Shown here: positions 18,626-29,432 of the stretch, in pieces
Position numbering within the stretch: the stretch's first letter is position 1
How the letters are laid out: every line of letters starts with the position of its first letter
Source of the DNA: Candidatus Peribacteria bacterium
GTDB taxonomy: Bacteria; Patescibacteriota; Gracilibacteria; UBA1369; UBA12463
Length of the DNA: 51,278 nucleotides
Direction of reading: 5' to 3'
Assembly: GCA_943349045.1 (NCBI GenBank)
Contig: CALQZC010000003.1
Coordinates: 1 to 51,278, forward strand
The notes under the pieces: generated by a model
Told to the model about the DNA's origin: nothing
Seen by the model: only the letters and a program-made list of their open reading frames with translations
Database searches by the model: none
Position numbers and translations under genes: made by a program

Positions 18626-19645
18626 ATGAAAAATCTCATCGCTCGCATTATCGATCAAGCGCAAAAAAATCCACAACGGATCGTGTTTGCGGAGACCGAT
18701 GATCCACGCACTCTGCAGGCGATCGATTATCTCCACGATCACAAAATTATCACGCCAGTACTCATTGGGAGTAAGGAAAAAATCGCAGCCATAGCAGAAA
18801 AAAACAAGGTTAAGATGTCACTTGATGATCTTGATATTTTTGACAAAGATGCAGCAGGCTCAAAAGAAAAAATGGAAACCTACGCGCAAAAACTCTACGA
18901 ACGACGAAAAGAAAAAGGCATGACCATCGAAGAGGCACGAGAAAAAATGCAACTACCCGACTACATCGGATGCATGATGACTCACCTCGACGAGGTTGAT
19001 GGCATGGTCTCAGGCGCAACCTCGCACTCCTCAGATTTTCTCACACCGATTTTCCAGATCATCGGAACCAAAGAAAAATTTCACAAAGTATCCGGTGTGT
19101 TTTTCATGCTCATGCAGCAGCGATTCATGCTCTTCGCCGACTGCTCGGTAATCGTAAATCCGGACGCCCGTGACCTCGCGAATATTGCCTTGGATACGGC
19201 ACAAACTGCCCGTCGCTTCGGTATCGAACCTCGCGTGGCGATGCTCTCATTTTCGACACACGGCTCAAGCGCCGACGAATCAATTCAAAAAATTCCTGAG
19301 GCCATGAAACTGATTAAACAAGAAGATCCATCATTGATCATCGACGGAGAAATCCAACTCGATGCCGCCGTCGTTCCAGATATTGCCGCACGAAAATTTC
19401 CAGATTCACCTCTGCAGGGAAATGCAAATATCCTCATATTTCCAGACCTCAACAGTGCGAACATCGGATACAAACTCTGTGAACGGCTCGCAAAAGCTGA
19501 TGCCATCGGTCCAATACTTCAAGGCTTGCGTAAGCCAGTAAATGACCTCTCGCGCGGATGCGACTGGGAAGACATTGTCCATGTCGCCGCCATCACCGCC
19601 TGCGAAGCGATGTCCGCAGATTACGACACCAAAGAATACCAATAG
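18626..19645 (+). CDS. pta: Phosphate acetyltransferase
   Basis: DGMVSGA, FADC, VAMLSFSTHGS, DGEIQLDAA, IFPDLNSANIGYK, GPILQGLRKPVNDLSRGC. Confidence 0.96.
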   Translation: MKNLIARIIDQAQKNPQRIVFAETDDPRTLQAIDYLHDHKIITPVLIGSKEKIAAIAEKNKVKMSLDDLDIFDKDAAGSKEKMETYAQKLYERRKEKGMTIEEAREKMQLPDYIGCMMTHLDEVDGMVSGATSHSSDFLTPIFQIIGTKEKFHKVSGVFFMLMQQRFMLFADCSVIVNPDARDLANIALDTAQTARRFGIEPRVAMLSFSTHGSSADESIQKIPEAMKLIKQEDPSLIIDGEIQLDAAVVPDIAARKFPDSPLQGNANILIFPDLNSANIGYKLCERLAKADAIGPILQGLRKPVNDLSRGCDWEDIVHVAAITACEAMSADYDTKEYQ

Positions 19646-19665
19646 CCACTTCACCTCACTCACCC

Positions 19666-20838
19666 ATGCTCATTCTCGTCTTTAACGCCGGCTCATCGAG
19701 CCTCAAGTGTCAGCTCGTCGATACCAAGCGCGAAAAAATATTATTTTCCTCAATGGTCGATCGACTCGGCCATAAGAAATGTGAGTTCCGTATGGAAGTA
19801 GGCGCGAAAAAACTCACCACCAAGCCAAAAATCAAAACCATCTCGCAAGCCGTATCACTCACCTGCGAGTTTCTTTTCAGTCAGAAAATTTTCAAGAATC
19901 AGAAAATCGAAGCGATCGCTCACCGTGTCGTTCACGGTGGAGAGACCTACTATGAGCCAACGATCATCAACGCAAAAGTTCTCACAGAACTCACGAAACT
20001 CTACGCACTTGCCCCACTTCACAATCCTCCAAACGTCGAAGGTATCAAGGCAGCACAAAAGATATTCAAAAAACTTCCACAGATCGCCATATTCGATACC
20101 GGCTACTACAAAGACTTACCGATTCACGCCTATCTCTACCCCGTTCCGATCGAATGGCACGAAAAATTCGGCGTCCGACGCTACGGCTTTCACGGCATCA
20201 GTCACGAATACGTCACACAGATCGCGGTCAAAAAACTTCGCGGATTTCTCAGGCTCGGAAGCGCGAAAAACACTCGAGTCATCTCTTGCCATCTCGGAAA
20301 CGGTTGCAGTATTACCGCATCAATCAACGGAAAAGCACTCGATACCAGCATGGGTTTCACGCCACTCGAAGGCATTCCCATGGGAACACGCTCCGGAAAT
20401 ATCGATCCGGCACTCGTCCCCTACCTCGCGAAAAAACTCAAGATCACACCCGAAAAAGTCATCGACCTTCTCAACCGCGAGTCCGGTCTCAAAGGGCTCT
20501 CTGGAGTCTCAGGTGACATGCGCGACATTCGTGCCGGCAATCTAAAAAATAATCCCGCAACGCAGCTCGCCTACAATATCTACATCGACCGAATCGCCAA
20601 ATATATCGGCGGCTACACCACCGTTCTTGGTGGCCTCGACGCACTCGTCTTCACCGCTGGCGTCGGTGAAAATGCCACCTACCTTCAAAAAGACATCCTC
20701 AAAAAACTCGCGCACCTCACCAAATTCAAGACATTCATTATTCACACCCAGGAAGAGCTGCATATCGCAATGAAAGCAAAAGAGTTCATCAGCTTAAAGG
20801 AAGTCGAAATGCGTTCCCTTAAGCGGATTATCAGGTGA
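19666..20838 (+). CDS. ackA: Acetate kinase
   Basis: NAGSSSLK, HRVVHGG, APLHN, RRYGFHG, HLGNG, TSMGFTPLEG, FTAGVGEN; start ATG 19666. Confidence 0.96.
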   Translation: MLILVFNAGSSSLKCQLVDTKREKILFSSMVDRLGHKKCEFRMEVGAKKLTTKPKIKTISQAVSLTCEFLFSQKIFKNQKIEAIAHRVVHGGETYYEPTIINAKVLTELTKLYALAPLHNPPNVEGIKAAQKIFKKLPQIAIFDTGYYKDLPIHAYLYPVPIEWHEKFGVRRYGFHGISHEYVTQIAVKKLRGFLRLGSAKNTRVISCHLGNGCSITASINGKALDTSMGFTPLEGIPMGTRSGNIDPALVPYLAKKLKITPEKVIDLLNRESGLKGLSGVSGDMRDIRAGNLKNNPATQLAYNIYIDRIAKYIGGYTTVLGGLDALVFTAGVGENATYLQKDILKKLAHLTKFKTFIIHTQEELHIAMKAKEFISLKEVEMRSLKRIIR

Positions 20839-23151
20839 AAGTTCTCCGCCCTTCTGGAGAATGGTTTTCACTGGCTTTCCTTGAGCATTGATGGCCTTAA
20901 TCTTCATAAGGTCAAAGAAGGCATCGTCAAGTGAGTCGTCGATGACACCCTGTGCCTTCAGTGAGAAGCACGTAGTGCTACCAGCATACATATCAACATT
21001 GGAGCTCATAGGAAATATGGCCGTATGCTTGCTCCATCCAGCCTTTTCAAGCAGGACAGAGAGTCCACTCGAAGTATCGATCTTTACAGTCTTAAAAGGT
21101 GATTGCTCACGAACTAGATGGTCAAAAGTTATCTCAGTAATTTGAGCATTTTCATTTGGCACGAGACAGAACTGATTCATCTCGACATACTCGCCTGGCT
21201 TCATCGTATCGAGATCAACAATTTTTGTATAAGGCGGTGGAATATTATTTGAGGATGTCTCAAAGATGCCTGACTGAGTAAAGACAGTGTCATTAAATAC
21301 GAGAGGAAGGGTAATAGGCTTTGAAGTTTTAGAAGCCGGAGTGAATGTCATGAGAGGAGCTGGCATACCAGATTTAATAGGAATACTTTTGCCATCCTGA
21401 ACGACAGTGAAGTCTTTACCATAGTTCACCGAAAGTGAGTTGATGACGGGCTGGATGTAATAAGAAGATTTTAGCGACTTCGGAAGCTCTAAGAGAGAAA
21501 AATAAACATTAAGCCCATTAGTAAATGCCGGAAGTTGAAGAGTAAAGGGTGTTTGAGGCATCACGACAATATCCTGAGGCTTATCATTCTGAAGTGAATT
21601 CGAAGAAGAAAAATGAGCACGTATTTTGAATGGCCCTTGGGCATTGCTCTTGAAAACCATCGACATGGGAAGAGGATTATATTTCATGGCATACGATGTG
21701 CTCTGATAATTTTTAAGATAAAGAGCAGCCAAAGGTTCTGGATTATTCGGAAGCTTCTCGTTGAGGGCGTCAATAGACTGAGTACCGCCATAGCTGTTGA
21801 AGTTAACCTCGAGAGCATTGAGATTGACGGCCAACTGAGTGACAGTATCGGCACCTTTATAGTTTTCTTCGCTGTCTTCAATTTTGTAATCTGGTGGGAA
21901 TAGAGGCTGTGGCTTACCAGAAACATCGAGCTGAATCGTTCCAAGAATACTAGAAACAAAAGGAGTTTGTGACTGGTCAGACTTTTCAGCTATCACCGCA
22001 CCATTACCTTTGATATTAGTAATTTTGAGAGTGTATGTTGCGCTATCAAGGGGAAGGTCGAGGTTAATGTTTGCCAAAAAATCAGTCATCGTATCGAGCT
22101 TGATATTCATGGGGATAGTCGTTGGCGTATTCGGCTGGAGAATAATCTGCTTCACTGGAAGTGTGAGCATATCATCTCCATAATCAAACTGGAGATCGTT
22201 CGAAGTAATTACCGTCGAATAAAGTTTCATTTTTACGGGTTTTGAGGCATTCGTCTTGAGCTCGATATCAAAACTATCAAGCTGATATGCATGAGCATAC
22301 ATGTTGTTTCCGTAAAACGAGAGGTTAACAAAAGGAGGATTATCCTTAGGCTTAAGCTCGTATGCCTGGATGGATGGAGCCTGATATTCGATAAGAAAAG
22401 GGCCCGGTTTTGCCGTGAAAAGCGTGAGAACTCCAAGACCATAATCACTATTGGCATTCTTCCCGGTTAACTGTTGTTTTATCCAGGTGTCAGTGAGACT
22501 TGTTTGAGAGAAGTAGACAGGTGTGTTGCTTCCTACGCCAAGGATGACAGGAATAATCCACTTACCTCCAGGTTTTATGCTCGTTGCCATGAGATTGAAC
22601 TTTCGGCAGTTGCCAGGTTCGATGCTGACCGGCTTATCGAGAATAATGTCATATATTTTCTGCTGATATCCACCAGTATTATACTTACCTTGAAGCATAT
22701 CCGTAATTTCGCTCTTCCAGAGCTGCTGTGAATCGAGATACGGAATGAACGAAAAATTCGCTTTTGCAAACATCTGGAATTTAATTCCAGTAATGGTAGA
22801 TGCTTTTTTCCCCGAAGCGCAAAATGTAAACTGTGTAAGAAGTGACTTTTTATCTTTAGAAACAGCGGTAACTTGCTCTGGAGTATAAGTATAGGACTTT
22901 GGACCTTCTTTGGTAATCATAAGCGAGTCGGGGGTATCGATGAGTCCTCCATAGACATTTCGAAGTGTATCCTTATTGAGATCCTGTGCAAGCCGTTTCA
23001 TGGCAGCCTCATCATTTCTCTGAGCTCGGAGATCTTTTGACTCAATGATATCAAATTGTCCAAGCAGATTGGTACCATTGACCGTTAGCGCAGCAATGAT
23101 GACAAAAACAATTGAACCAAGAATGAGATATTTTCGAGAAAAAGTATTCAT
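20794..23151 (-). CDS. Large membrane-anchored beta-rich surface protein (paralog of next gene)
   Basis: 785 aa; N-terminal TM; blocks shared with 23153-25468. Confidence 0.8.
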   Translation of the reverse strand: MNTFSRKYLILGSIVFVIIAALTVNGTNLLGQFDIIESKDLRAQRNDEAAMKRLAQDLNKDTLRNVYGGLIDTPDSLMITKEGPKSYTYTPEQVTAVSKDKKSLLTQFTFCASGKKASTITGIKFQMFAKANFSFIPYLDSQQLWKSEITDMLQGKYNTGGYQQKIYDIILDKPVSIEPGNCRKFNLMATSIKPGGKWIIPVILGVGSNTPVYFSQTSLTDTWIKQQLTGKNANSDYGLGVLTLFTAKPGPFLIEYQAPSIQAYELKPKDNPPFVNLSFYGNNMYAHAYQLDSFDIELKTNASKPVKMKLYSTVITSNDLQFDYGDDMLTLPVKQIILQPNTPTTIPMNIKLDTMTDFLANINLDLPLDSATYTLKITNIKGNGAVIAEKSDQSQTPFVSSILGTIQLDVSGKPQPLFPPDYKIEDSEENYKGADTVTQLAVNLNALEVNFNSYGGTQSIDALNEKLPNNPEPLAALYLKNYQSTSYAMKYNPLPMSMVFKSNAQGPFKIRAHFSSSNSLQNDKPQDIVVMPQTPFTLQLPAFTNGLNVYFSLLELPKSLKSSYYIQPVINSLSVNYGKDFTVVQDGKSIPIKSGMPAPLMTFTPASKTSKPITLPLVFNDTVFTQSGIFETSSNNIPPPYTKIVDLDTMKPGEYVEMNQFCLVPNENAQITEITFDHLVREQSPFKTVKIDTSSGLSVLLEKAGWSKHTAIFPMSSNVDMYAGSTTCFSLKAQGVIDDSLDDAFFDLMKIKAINAQGKPVKTILQKGGELSPDNPLKGTHFDFL

Positions 23152-23152
23152 A

Positions 23153-25468
23153 TTATTTGAAAATGTAAACAGGGCCTTTCACGGGGTTTTGTCCAAGGGG
23201 TAGAGACTTTACAAACACGGGAACGAGAGTACCTCCAGGAGTTTTTGCATCAATTTGAATAAGGTCGAACCAAATATCCTCGACTGGCTCAGCAGGATCC
23301 AGCGCAACAAGTTCATAGGACCAAGTTTCTTCATTGCCGTGAATAAATGGAGTGCTTGGCGTGAATATTGAGTTCTCTTTTGTCCAGTCGGCAGATTTCA
23401 AATAAACATTTGCATCTGATCTTTGAAGTTTAATATCTTTGAACGGGGACGTGTCACGAGCAAGATGTTTGTAGGTAACTCCGTGAATTTTTACATCTCC
23501 CTGCGCAAGGAAGTACGCCGTATTCATCGTGAAACCAGAGGTTTTGCCCTTCGGAAGATTTGCAATAGTGACAAGCTTTGAGGCACCCGAACCTCCACTT
23601 CCCCCTATATCGATAAAATTGAGGGTGGTTGGACCAATAGATACGATACCAAAGGAAAAAGGGAAGATAGCAGACTTATTAACCCACATTTCCTTATCGA
23701 AATCCCACTCCTGAATAAATTGAGGAATGGATTGGCCTTTCTTGTAACCATCTATATCAGTATTGAAGACTTGAACAAGGTTAGTAATTTTTGGCTTAAT
23801 ATGGTGGATAAATTTGGGATCTCCAGGGATATTTTCAGCCTTAATGTAAAGGTCCAAGAGGAAGAAATCGCTCAGTGTAACCACATCTCCCTTGGAAACT
23901 AACTCTGTAGCAATAAGGACGTTATTATTAAAAAACTTGAGCTTAAGAGGTTCCTTAAATGTTCCATCAAATTTAATGGAAAGGTCTTTAACGATAATGT
24001 TGTTTGAATCAGTCCCAGATACACTTGTTTTAATATAAGCAATTTTATAGGATCCCTCTTTGTTTATGCTATTTTGAGCGTCAGTAGAATCGATCCATTG
24101 CTTGCTGCCTTTGCTGGGGTGAGGGTAAATAAACGCAGCGGCTGTCAGGTTATCAACAATTGAAATTATCGTTGTATCAAGGGTTGCAAGATTAGTATCC
24201 AATGACCCATCAGTAACAACATCAACAACTTTGAAGTAAAAATTACCCTTAGTAGCCGGAGTGGATCCAACAGAGAGAATCTTAAGCACTGTCACCTGCC
24301 CATATGAAAGATTGACATTTAGAGGGATAGTTATTTCTTCGCCAGCTTTCATGGTAATACTCTGATCTGCAGGAGCGGGAGTGCCTGAGGAAGAGGTATC
24401 GGAATCCCAGGCATAGCTGCCGAGATTATTTGTATACCAGAGATATGGTTTTGGAGTTGAGGCCTTAATTTTAAACGTCATCGACTCGTAATCCTTCGTC
24501 ACAAGAGAGAGCTTCACGGAAGAGACCGAAGCTTTTCCAGTATTCGGTGTATAGATGGCATAACTGCCATAGAGAAAGTCACTTCCCGTAGCGTTTGCTT
24601 TATATGTCTTATTTTTCGGCTTATCAACGTTGGTAATGAATATTTTTTTATCTGGCTTGAAGGCAATATGGGTACCGACAATCAATGTTTCGTTATTGTT
24701 TCCAAGCCAGTCATTTGCCTGATTATTATATTGAACCTTAACATTAGCTTTGACGCCTACTAAGGAGATTCGCTGCCACTCAGCTTTGGCATCGACACTG
24801 GTAAGGCGCATGCCAACTTCAACGCAGCTATTCGCAAGAAGGAGATAGTTGTCGATGGTCATGAAGTCTCCAGACCAGTCTTGATGAATAGCGACATTGA
24901 GAGAGTCGGGTTTGCCAGTGATTTGAAGAAGGCCAACGCTTGAGTGATCAGATCCTTGCGACATAAATTTCACATTTCCAATCGTGACATCACTTGGGCC
25001 ACTCGCACAGAGGGTGTATTGATTAGCACTCAGTGACTGTTGCGGAGTGATACTCGAAGTTGTAGCCTCAGCAGTAGAAAGCATGACTTTCGATGGAGAA
25101 ACAGAGAGGATGGTCTTCGATAAACTCTCAAGTTTTTCTGCTTCTGCTTTTTGTTTTTCTTCTTCTTTCTTCGCGTCATCCTCTGCACTCGAAGTTATGA
25201 GATCGGTAGGAGGATATGGATTATCAGAAATTTTTCGCTGCCAATCGGCATCCGTATCGCGCATCTGCGCAACGTTATCAAGTCTATCATTACGAAGGTC
25301 TTCCAACCCCAAAGGAATATCGATATCTCGCTGAAAATCGCGAGATTCAAAGTCAAACTCGCCTTTAAAAAATTTTACCGGTGCACCAGATGCGACCAGG
25401 GCAATGATAATTACAGCAATGAGCCCGATAACCCCAATGAGATATTTGTTTTTTGGATGTCCTTCCAT
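23153..25468 (-). CDS. Large membrane-anchored beta-rich surface protein (paralog of previous gene)
   Basis: 771 aa; N-terminal TM; shared CASG, HLxRxxSPFK and FDL..I.A blocks. Confidence 0.8.
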   Translation of the reverse strand: MEGHPKNKYLIGVIGLIAVIIIALVASGAPVKFFKGEFDFESRDFQRDIDIPLGLEDLRNDRLDNVAQMRDTDADWQRKISDNPYPPTDLITSSAEDDAKKEEEKQKAEAEKLESLSKTILSVSPSKVMLSTAEATTSSITPQQSLSANQYTLCASGPSDVTIGNVKFMSQGSDHSSVGLLQITGKPDSLNVAIHQDWSGDFMTIDNYLLLANSCVEVGMRLTSVDAKAEWQRISLVGVKANVKVQYNNQANDWLGNNNETLIVGTHIAFKPDKKIFITNVDKPKNKTYKANATGSDFLYGSYAIYTPNTGKASVSSVKLSLVTKDYESMTFKIKASTPKPYLWYTNNLGSYAWDSDTSSSGTPAPADQSITMKAGEEITIPLNVNLSYGQVTVLKILSVGSTPATKGNFYFKVVDVVTDGSLDTNLATLDTTIISIVDNLTAAAFIYPHPSKGSKQWIDSTDAQNSINKEGSYKIAYIKTSVSGTDSNNIIVKDLSIKFDGTFKEPLKLKFFNNNVLIATELVSKGDVVTLSDFFLLDLYIKAENIPGDPKFIHHIKPKITNLVQVFNTDIDGYKKGQSIPQFIQEWDFDKEMWVNKSAIFPFSFGIVSIGPTTLNFIDIGGSGGSGASKLVTIANLPKGKTSGFTMNTAYFLAQGDVKIHGVTYKHLARDTSPFKDIKLQRSDANVYLKSADWTKENSIFTPSTPFIHGNEETWSYELVALDPAEPVEDIWFDLIQIDAKTPGGTLVPVFVKSLPLGQNPVKGPVYIFK

Positions 25469-25559
25469 GATATATTTTTATTTGAGTAAATTATAACATA
25501 AAATTGGAAAATGCGCAACAAAGCTTTATGCCTAAAGGAAAATACCGTAAAATAGCTTC

Positions 25560-26861
25560 GTGAAACAAACAACGACTCGTATAGCCATCATCGGTGGAGG
25601 GGCAGCAGGGCTTATGGCAGCAGCCACGCTCGCGGAGTCACCAACCGCATCAAATATGGAGATCCATCTTTTCGAAAAAAACTCCTACCTCGGGGCAAAA
25701 GTTATTATTAGTGGCGGCGGACGATGCAATGTCACCACCGGATCAGCGCTGACGAACCGTCGTCACGACATCGAGCAACTACTCACCAACTACCCACGCG
25801 GTGCCAAATTTCTCATGTCGGCGTTGTTTCGATGCCCGCCGCAGTCGGTAATAGACTGGTTCGAGTCGCATGGCGTTCCACTCAAAACAGAAGAGGATCT
25901 ACGAGTTTTTCCAATATCGGATAACGGAAAAGATATCGTCGGCGCTCTCGAACGAACCCTCAAGATCAACAACGCAAAAATACATCTGAACACCAATATC
26001 ACCTCGATAGAAAAAGTAAGCAATATATTCCGTCTGCATACTCGAGCTAGCAAGCTCGCCTCTTGGGGGCAGACCGGACACGAAGATTTCGACACCCTCA
26101 TTATCACCACCGGTGGAAACGCCTATCGCCACACCGGATCAACGGGCGACGGATATGCCTTTGCCAAAGCGCTGAATCACACCATTACCGAACTCGCTCC
26201 ATCACTGAGTTCATACATCACCGTCGAAAAATTTCCCGCAAAAATTTCTGGCGTCTCATTCAAAAAAGCAGGACTCACCCTGAAGACACCAACAGCCACC
26301 TACACCAGAACCGGCGCATTTCTCTTCACCCACAAAGGCATCACGGGCCCAGCCATCTTCGCCCTTTCAGGTATGGCCGCGTACGATACACCTACCAATG
26401 GCAATCCCCTTCATCTCACCATCAACTTCTTTCCCGACGAAACACAAGAAGAACTGGCAGCACGTTTCCAGAATCTCGCCAACACGCACGGAAAAAAACA
26501 ACTCATCAATTTTCTCGATATATTTCTCCCGAAATCCATGTGCGATATTTTCATCGACCTTGCGCAAGCACCACCAGATCTTTCGACGGGACAGCTCACC
26601 AAAGAGCTCAAAACCCGCATTCTCCAGCTCCTTCACGCCCTACCACTCACGATCATCAATAGAACTCCTGGTGACGAATTTGTCACGGCAGGTGGCGTGC
26701 CAACCTCAGAAGTAAACACAAATACCATGGAGTCAAAACTCCAGCCAAACCTCTACTTCGCCGGAGAAATTCTCGACATCGACGGATTCACGGGGGGCTT
26801 CAACCTCCAGGCCTCATGGGCCACCGGACGACTCGCGGGGGAAAGTATTGCAAGCAAATAA
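25560..26861 (+). CDS. HI0933/YhiN-family flavoprotein
   Basis: IIGGGAAGL, KVIISGGGRCNVT, TGSTGDGY, LFTHKGITGP, VTAGGV, GEILDIDGFTGGFNLQ. Confidence 0.95.
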   Translation: MKQTTTRIAIIGGGAAGLMAAATLAESPTASNMEIHLFEKNSYLGAKVIISGGGRCNVTTGSALTNRRHDIEQLLTNYPRGAKFLMSALFRCPPQSVIDWFESHGVPLKTEEDLRVFPISDNGKDIVGALERTLKINNAKIHLNTNITSIEKVSNIFRLHTRASKLASWGQTGHEDFDTLIITTGGNAYRHTGSTGDGYAFAKALNHTITELAPSLSSYITVEKFPAKISGVSFKKAGLTLKTPTATYTRTGAFLFTHKGITGPAIFALSGMAAYDTPTNGNPLHLTINFFPDETQEELAARFQNLANTHGKKQLINFLDIFLPKSMCDIFIDLAQAPPDLSTGQLTKELKTRILQLLHALPLTIINRTPGDEFVTAGGVPTSEVNTNTMESKLQPNLYFAGEILDIDGFTGGFNLQASWATGRLAGESIASK

Positions 26862-26869
26862 TAAAACAA

Positions 26870-27340
26870 CTACCCGTCATCACCTGGTCGATAGTCGGCA
26901 GGAGAGGTAACAGCATCGAGCTCCACTCTTGTAGAAACCATCGTGTCCTGTACAGTAAACAGATCCATGATTTGCGAAGATAGATTGATCGCAGCATTAT
27001 GAATCCATTGAATACGCAGATTTTTCTCGGCAATTGGCATCGGATGATGTTCAATATAGGCAAGAAAAAACAGATACGCCTGCCTTGCCTGTTCAATATA
27101 AGGAGCTGGGGACAAATTTTTTGTATCAATACCGAACTCAGCAGGGTTGAAACGAGGCGCCACATGAAATGTAAATGACTTCCATCCAGGATCAAGAAAT
27201 GCCGTCCGAAGAATTCGATGAAATTGGTTTGCATCTTGAGGAAGAACGAGGCTCTCTACATCTCCCCTTATTTCAGGACCAACCATCCTACCATCTTGTA
27301 CGGCATCACTATGAGACACATGTGAAGTACCTAGATCCAT
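26870..27340 (-). CDS. Hypothetical protein
   Basis: 156-aa ORF with T-rich upstream; no motif recognised. Confidence 0.6.
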   Translation of the reverse strand: MDLGTSHVSHSDAVQDGRMVGPEIRGDVESLVLPQDANQFHRILRTAFLDPGWKSFTFHVAPRFNPAEFGIDTKNLSPAPYIEQARQAYLFFLAYIEHHPMPIAEKNLRIQWIHNAAINLSSQIMDLFTVQDTMVSTRVELDAVTSPADYRPGDDG

Positions 27341-27359
27341 AAAGAAAGGAAGTTAGAAG

Positions 27360-27746
27360 TTAAAGTGCTATCTCGGGAACCGTGTGTCGAAATTTCATAT
27401 GAGTTATCGCAGTAACCTTATATAATTCCAAAAGAGTCTGTATCGCAGATTCCACATGTTCAGTCGGCTCCGACCGGAGCTCCTGCAAAACAATATTAAC
27501 CATAACATGAACAACATCAGACAGGTTGTATATGATGCCCTCTCTATTAAGAAAACCAGTCACTTTGGTCAAATCGGGCACACCTTGAGGGCCAGCAACC
27601 TCAACGGCAGACAAAAAACGATTAGCAGCTCCTTCGATAACATCCATTACCTTAAGACGTCGAGTAGGAGGAACGCTACGAGAAAAAACAGGATCCTGTA
27701 CGCCTTCGTAAGGCGCCTGAGGACCACCTTTCGGGCCATCAAACAT
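27360..27746 (-). CDS. Hypothetical protein
   Basis: 128-aa ORF in tandem with the previous one; no motif recognised. Confidence 0.6.
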   Translation of the reverse strand: MFDGPKGGPQAPYEGVQDPVFSRSVPPTRRLKVMDVIEGAANRFLSAVEVAGPQGVPDLTKVTGFLNREGIIYNLSDVVHVMVNIVLQELRSEPTEHVESAIQTLLELYKVTAITHMKFRHTVPEIAL

Positions 27747-27876
27747 AGAAATTGAGTTAGGGAACCTCTGACTGCGATCGGAGATATCATAGTGACTCTG
27801 AGCAGTTTATCCAACAACTTTTTCTTGACGGAGCGAAGAAGTTCATGGGAAACCCTATTCAGCTTCAAGTGAAGCA

Positions 27877-27905
27877 TTGCTCAAAGCTCAAGAATCTGGT
27901 ATAAT
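27877..27905 (+). promoter_or_regulatory. Sigma70 promoter of the AMP phosphorylase operon
   Basis: TTGCTC-N17-TATAAT with TGn extension. Confidence 0.7.
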
Positions 27906-27952
27906 AAAAGGAAGTAAAAAATCCATCAAAACACATATAACACCCCTTTCTC

Positions 27953-29428
27953 ATGATTCTCAAAGCCCGCAAAATTCCAATTAAAGTAGGAAACAAGTTT
28001 ATCATGGTGATAAATCAGCGAACGGCACACATGATAGATGTGCAGCCGGGCGATCGTCTTTCGGTAAAAAATGGGAGCAAGCGAATAACGTGTATCATCG
28101 ATGTGACAGAAAATGGTGAGTTCAAAGATAATGAAGCAGGACTCTACATTGAGACATGGAACCGATTAGGTGCCAAACACGGTGACAAACTATCGGTATC
28201 GCTCGCAGAAAAGCCGGCGGCCAATATGTATATTCGAGAGAAACTCGAGGGGGTTGAGTTGAACAAAGAAAAAATTGATGCGATCGTCAAGGACATTGTA
28301 AACGACGACCTCTCTGATGTTGAAATGACCTACTTCGTCTCTGCCTGCTACATTCATGGTCTCTCAGATGAAGAAACCACCAACCTCACAAAGTCAATTG
28401 CCGAGCACGGAAACCGCATTAAGGTGAATAAAAAAATCGTCGCTGACAAGCACTGTATCGGTGGTGTTCCAGGCAATCGAACCACGATGATTGTCATTCC
28501 GATTATCGCGGCTGCGGGTATTACGATTCCAAAAACATCATCCCGTGCGATCACCTCGCCATCCGGTACGGCTGATACGATGGAGGTCCTGTGTAACGTG
28601 ACAAACGACGCAAAGAAGTTGAAAAAAATTCTCGAGAAAGTTGGCGCATTCATCACGTGGGGAGGAGGCGTCGATCTCGCCGCTGCAGACGACCGACTCA
28701 TTCGTGTTCGTCATCCAATGAGCCTCGATCCAAAAGGCATGATGCTCGCATCAATTATGGCAAAGAAATACGCCGTCGGTTCGACGCATGTATTGATCGA
28801 TATCCCATATGGTCCTCAGGTAAAGACCAAAACACTCCAGAAAGCGAACGAATTGAAAAAAGACTTCGAGCGACTTGGAAAAATGCTCGGCATGACCGTA
28901 AAGGTCATCGCGACGGAAGGAAACGCGCCAATCGGCCGTGGAATCGGCCCAGTTCTCGAGGCTATCGACGTCATGCAGGTACTGGAAAATGATAAAAATG
29001 CACCAGCTGATCTTCGAAAAAAAGCCATCTATATGGCAGGTGAACTTCTCGAGCTCTGTGGAAAATCGAAAAAAGGCCAGGGGGGAAAGCTCGCAGCTTC
29101 GCTGCTCGCCTCAGGCGCGGCCCTCAAAAAAATGAATGACATTATTGACGCTCAGGGCCGCAAAAAACTCCCACCCGTCGGAAAACTCACGTATGCGGCA
29201 ATCGCAAAAAAATCCGGAAAAATTACCGCCATCGACAACAAGCTCATCTCACACGTTGCCCGCGTCGCAGGCGCTCCAAAGAACTCAGGAGCCGGTATCG
29301 CCATCAACAAAAATCTCGGTGACCGCGTCGTCAAGGGCGACACCCTTTACACTATTTACGCCGAAAACAAAGAGCGTCTGCATAACGCCATCGAGGAGTC
29401 GGGACGAAACGTTTACACGATTAATTAA
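27953..29428 (+). CDS. deoA: AMP phosphorylase (archaeal-type NMP phosphorylase)
   Basis: Extra N-terminal domain, DKHCIGGVPGNRTT, PKTSSRAITSPSGTAD, LASIMAKK, PIGRGIGP. Confidence 0.93.
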   Translation: MILKARKIPIKVGNKFIMVINQRTAHMIDVQPGDRLSVKNGSKRITCIIDVTENGEFKDNEAGLYIETWNRLGAKHGDKLSVSLAEKPAANMYIREKLEGVELNKEKIDAIVKDIVNDDLSDVEMTYFVSACYIHGLSDEETTNLTKSIAEHGNRIKVNKKIVADKHCIGGVPGNRTTMIVIPIIAAAGITIPKTSSRAITSPSGTADTMEVLCNVTNDAKKLKKILEKVGAFITWGGGVDLAAADDRLIRVRHPMSLDPKGMMLASIMAKKYAVGSTHVLIDIPYGPQVKTKTLQKANELKKDFERLGKMLGMTVKVIATEGNAPIGRGIGPVLEAIDVMQVLENDKNAPADLRKKAIYMAGELLELCGKSKKGQGGKLAASLLASGAALKKMNDIIDAQGRKKLPPVGKLTYAAIAKKSGKITAIDNKLISHVARVAGAPKNSGAGIAINKNLGDRVVKGDTLYTIYAENKERLHNAIEESGRNVYTIN

Positions 29429-29432
29429 TACC

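Noticed and set aside
20794-20838. 45-nt convergent overlap of ackA and the surface-protein gene
   Set aside because: Short tail overlaps are common in compact genomes.
29136-29432. N-terminal extensions of R15P isomerase, ackA, rnpA, Rieske and sufS in the ORF track
   Set aside because: They overlap upstream genes; homology starts at later ATGs.
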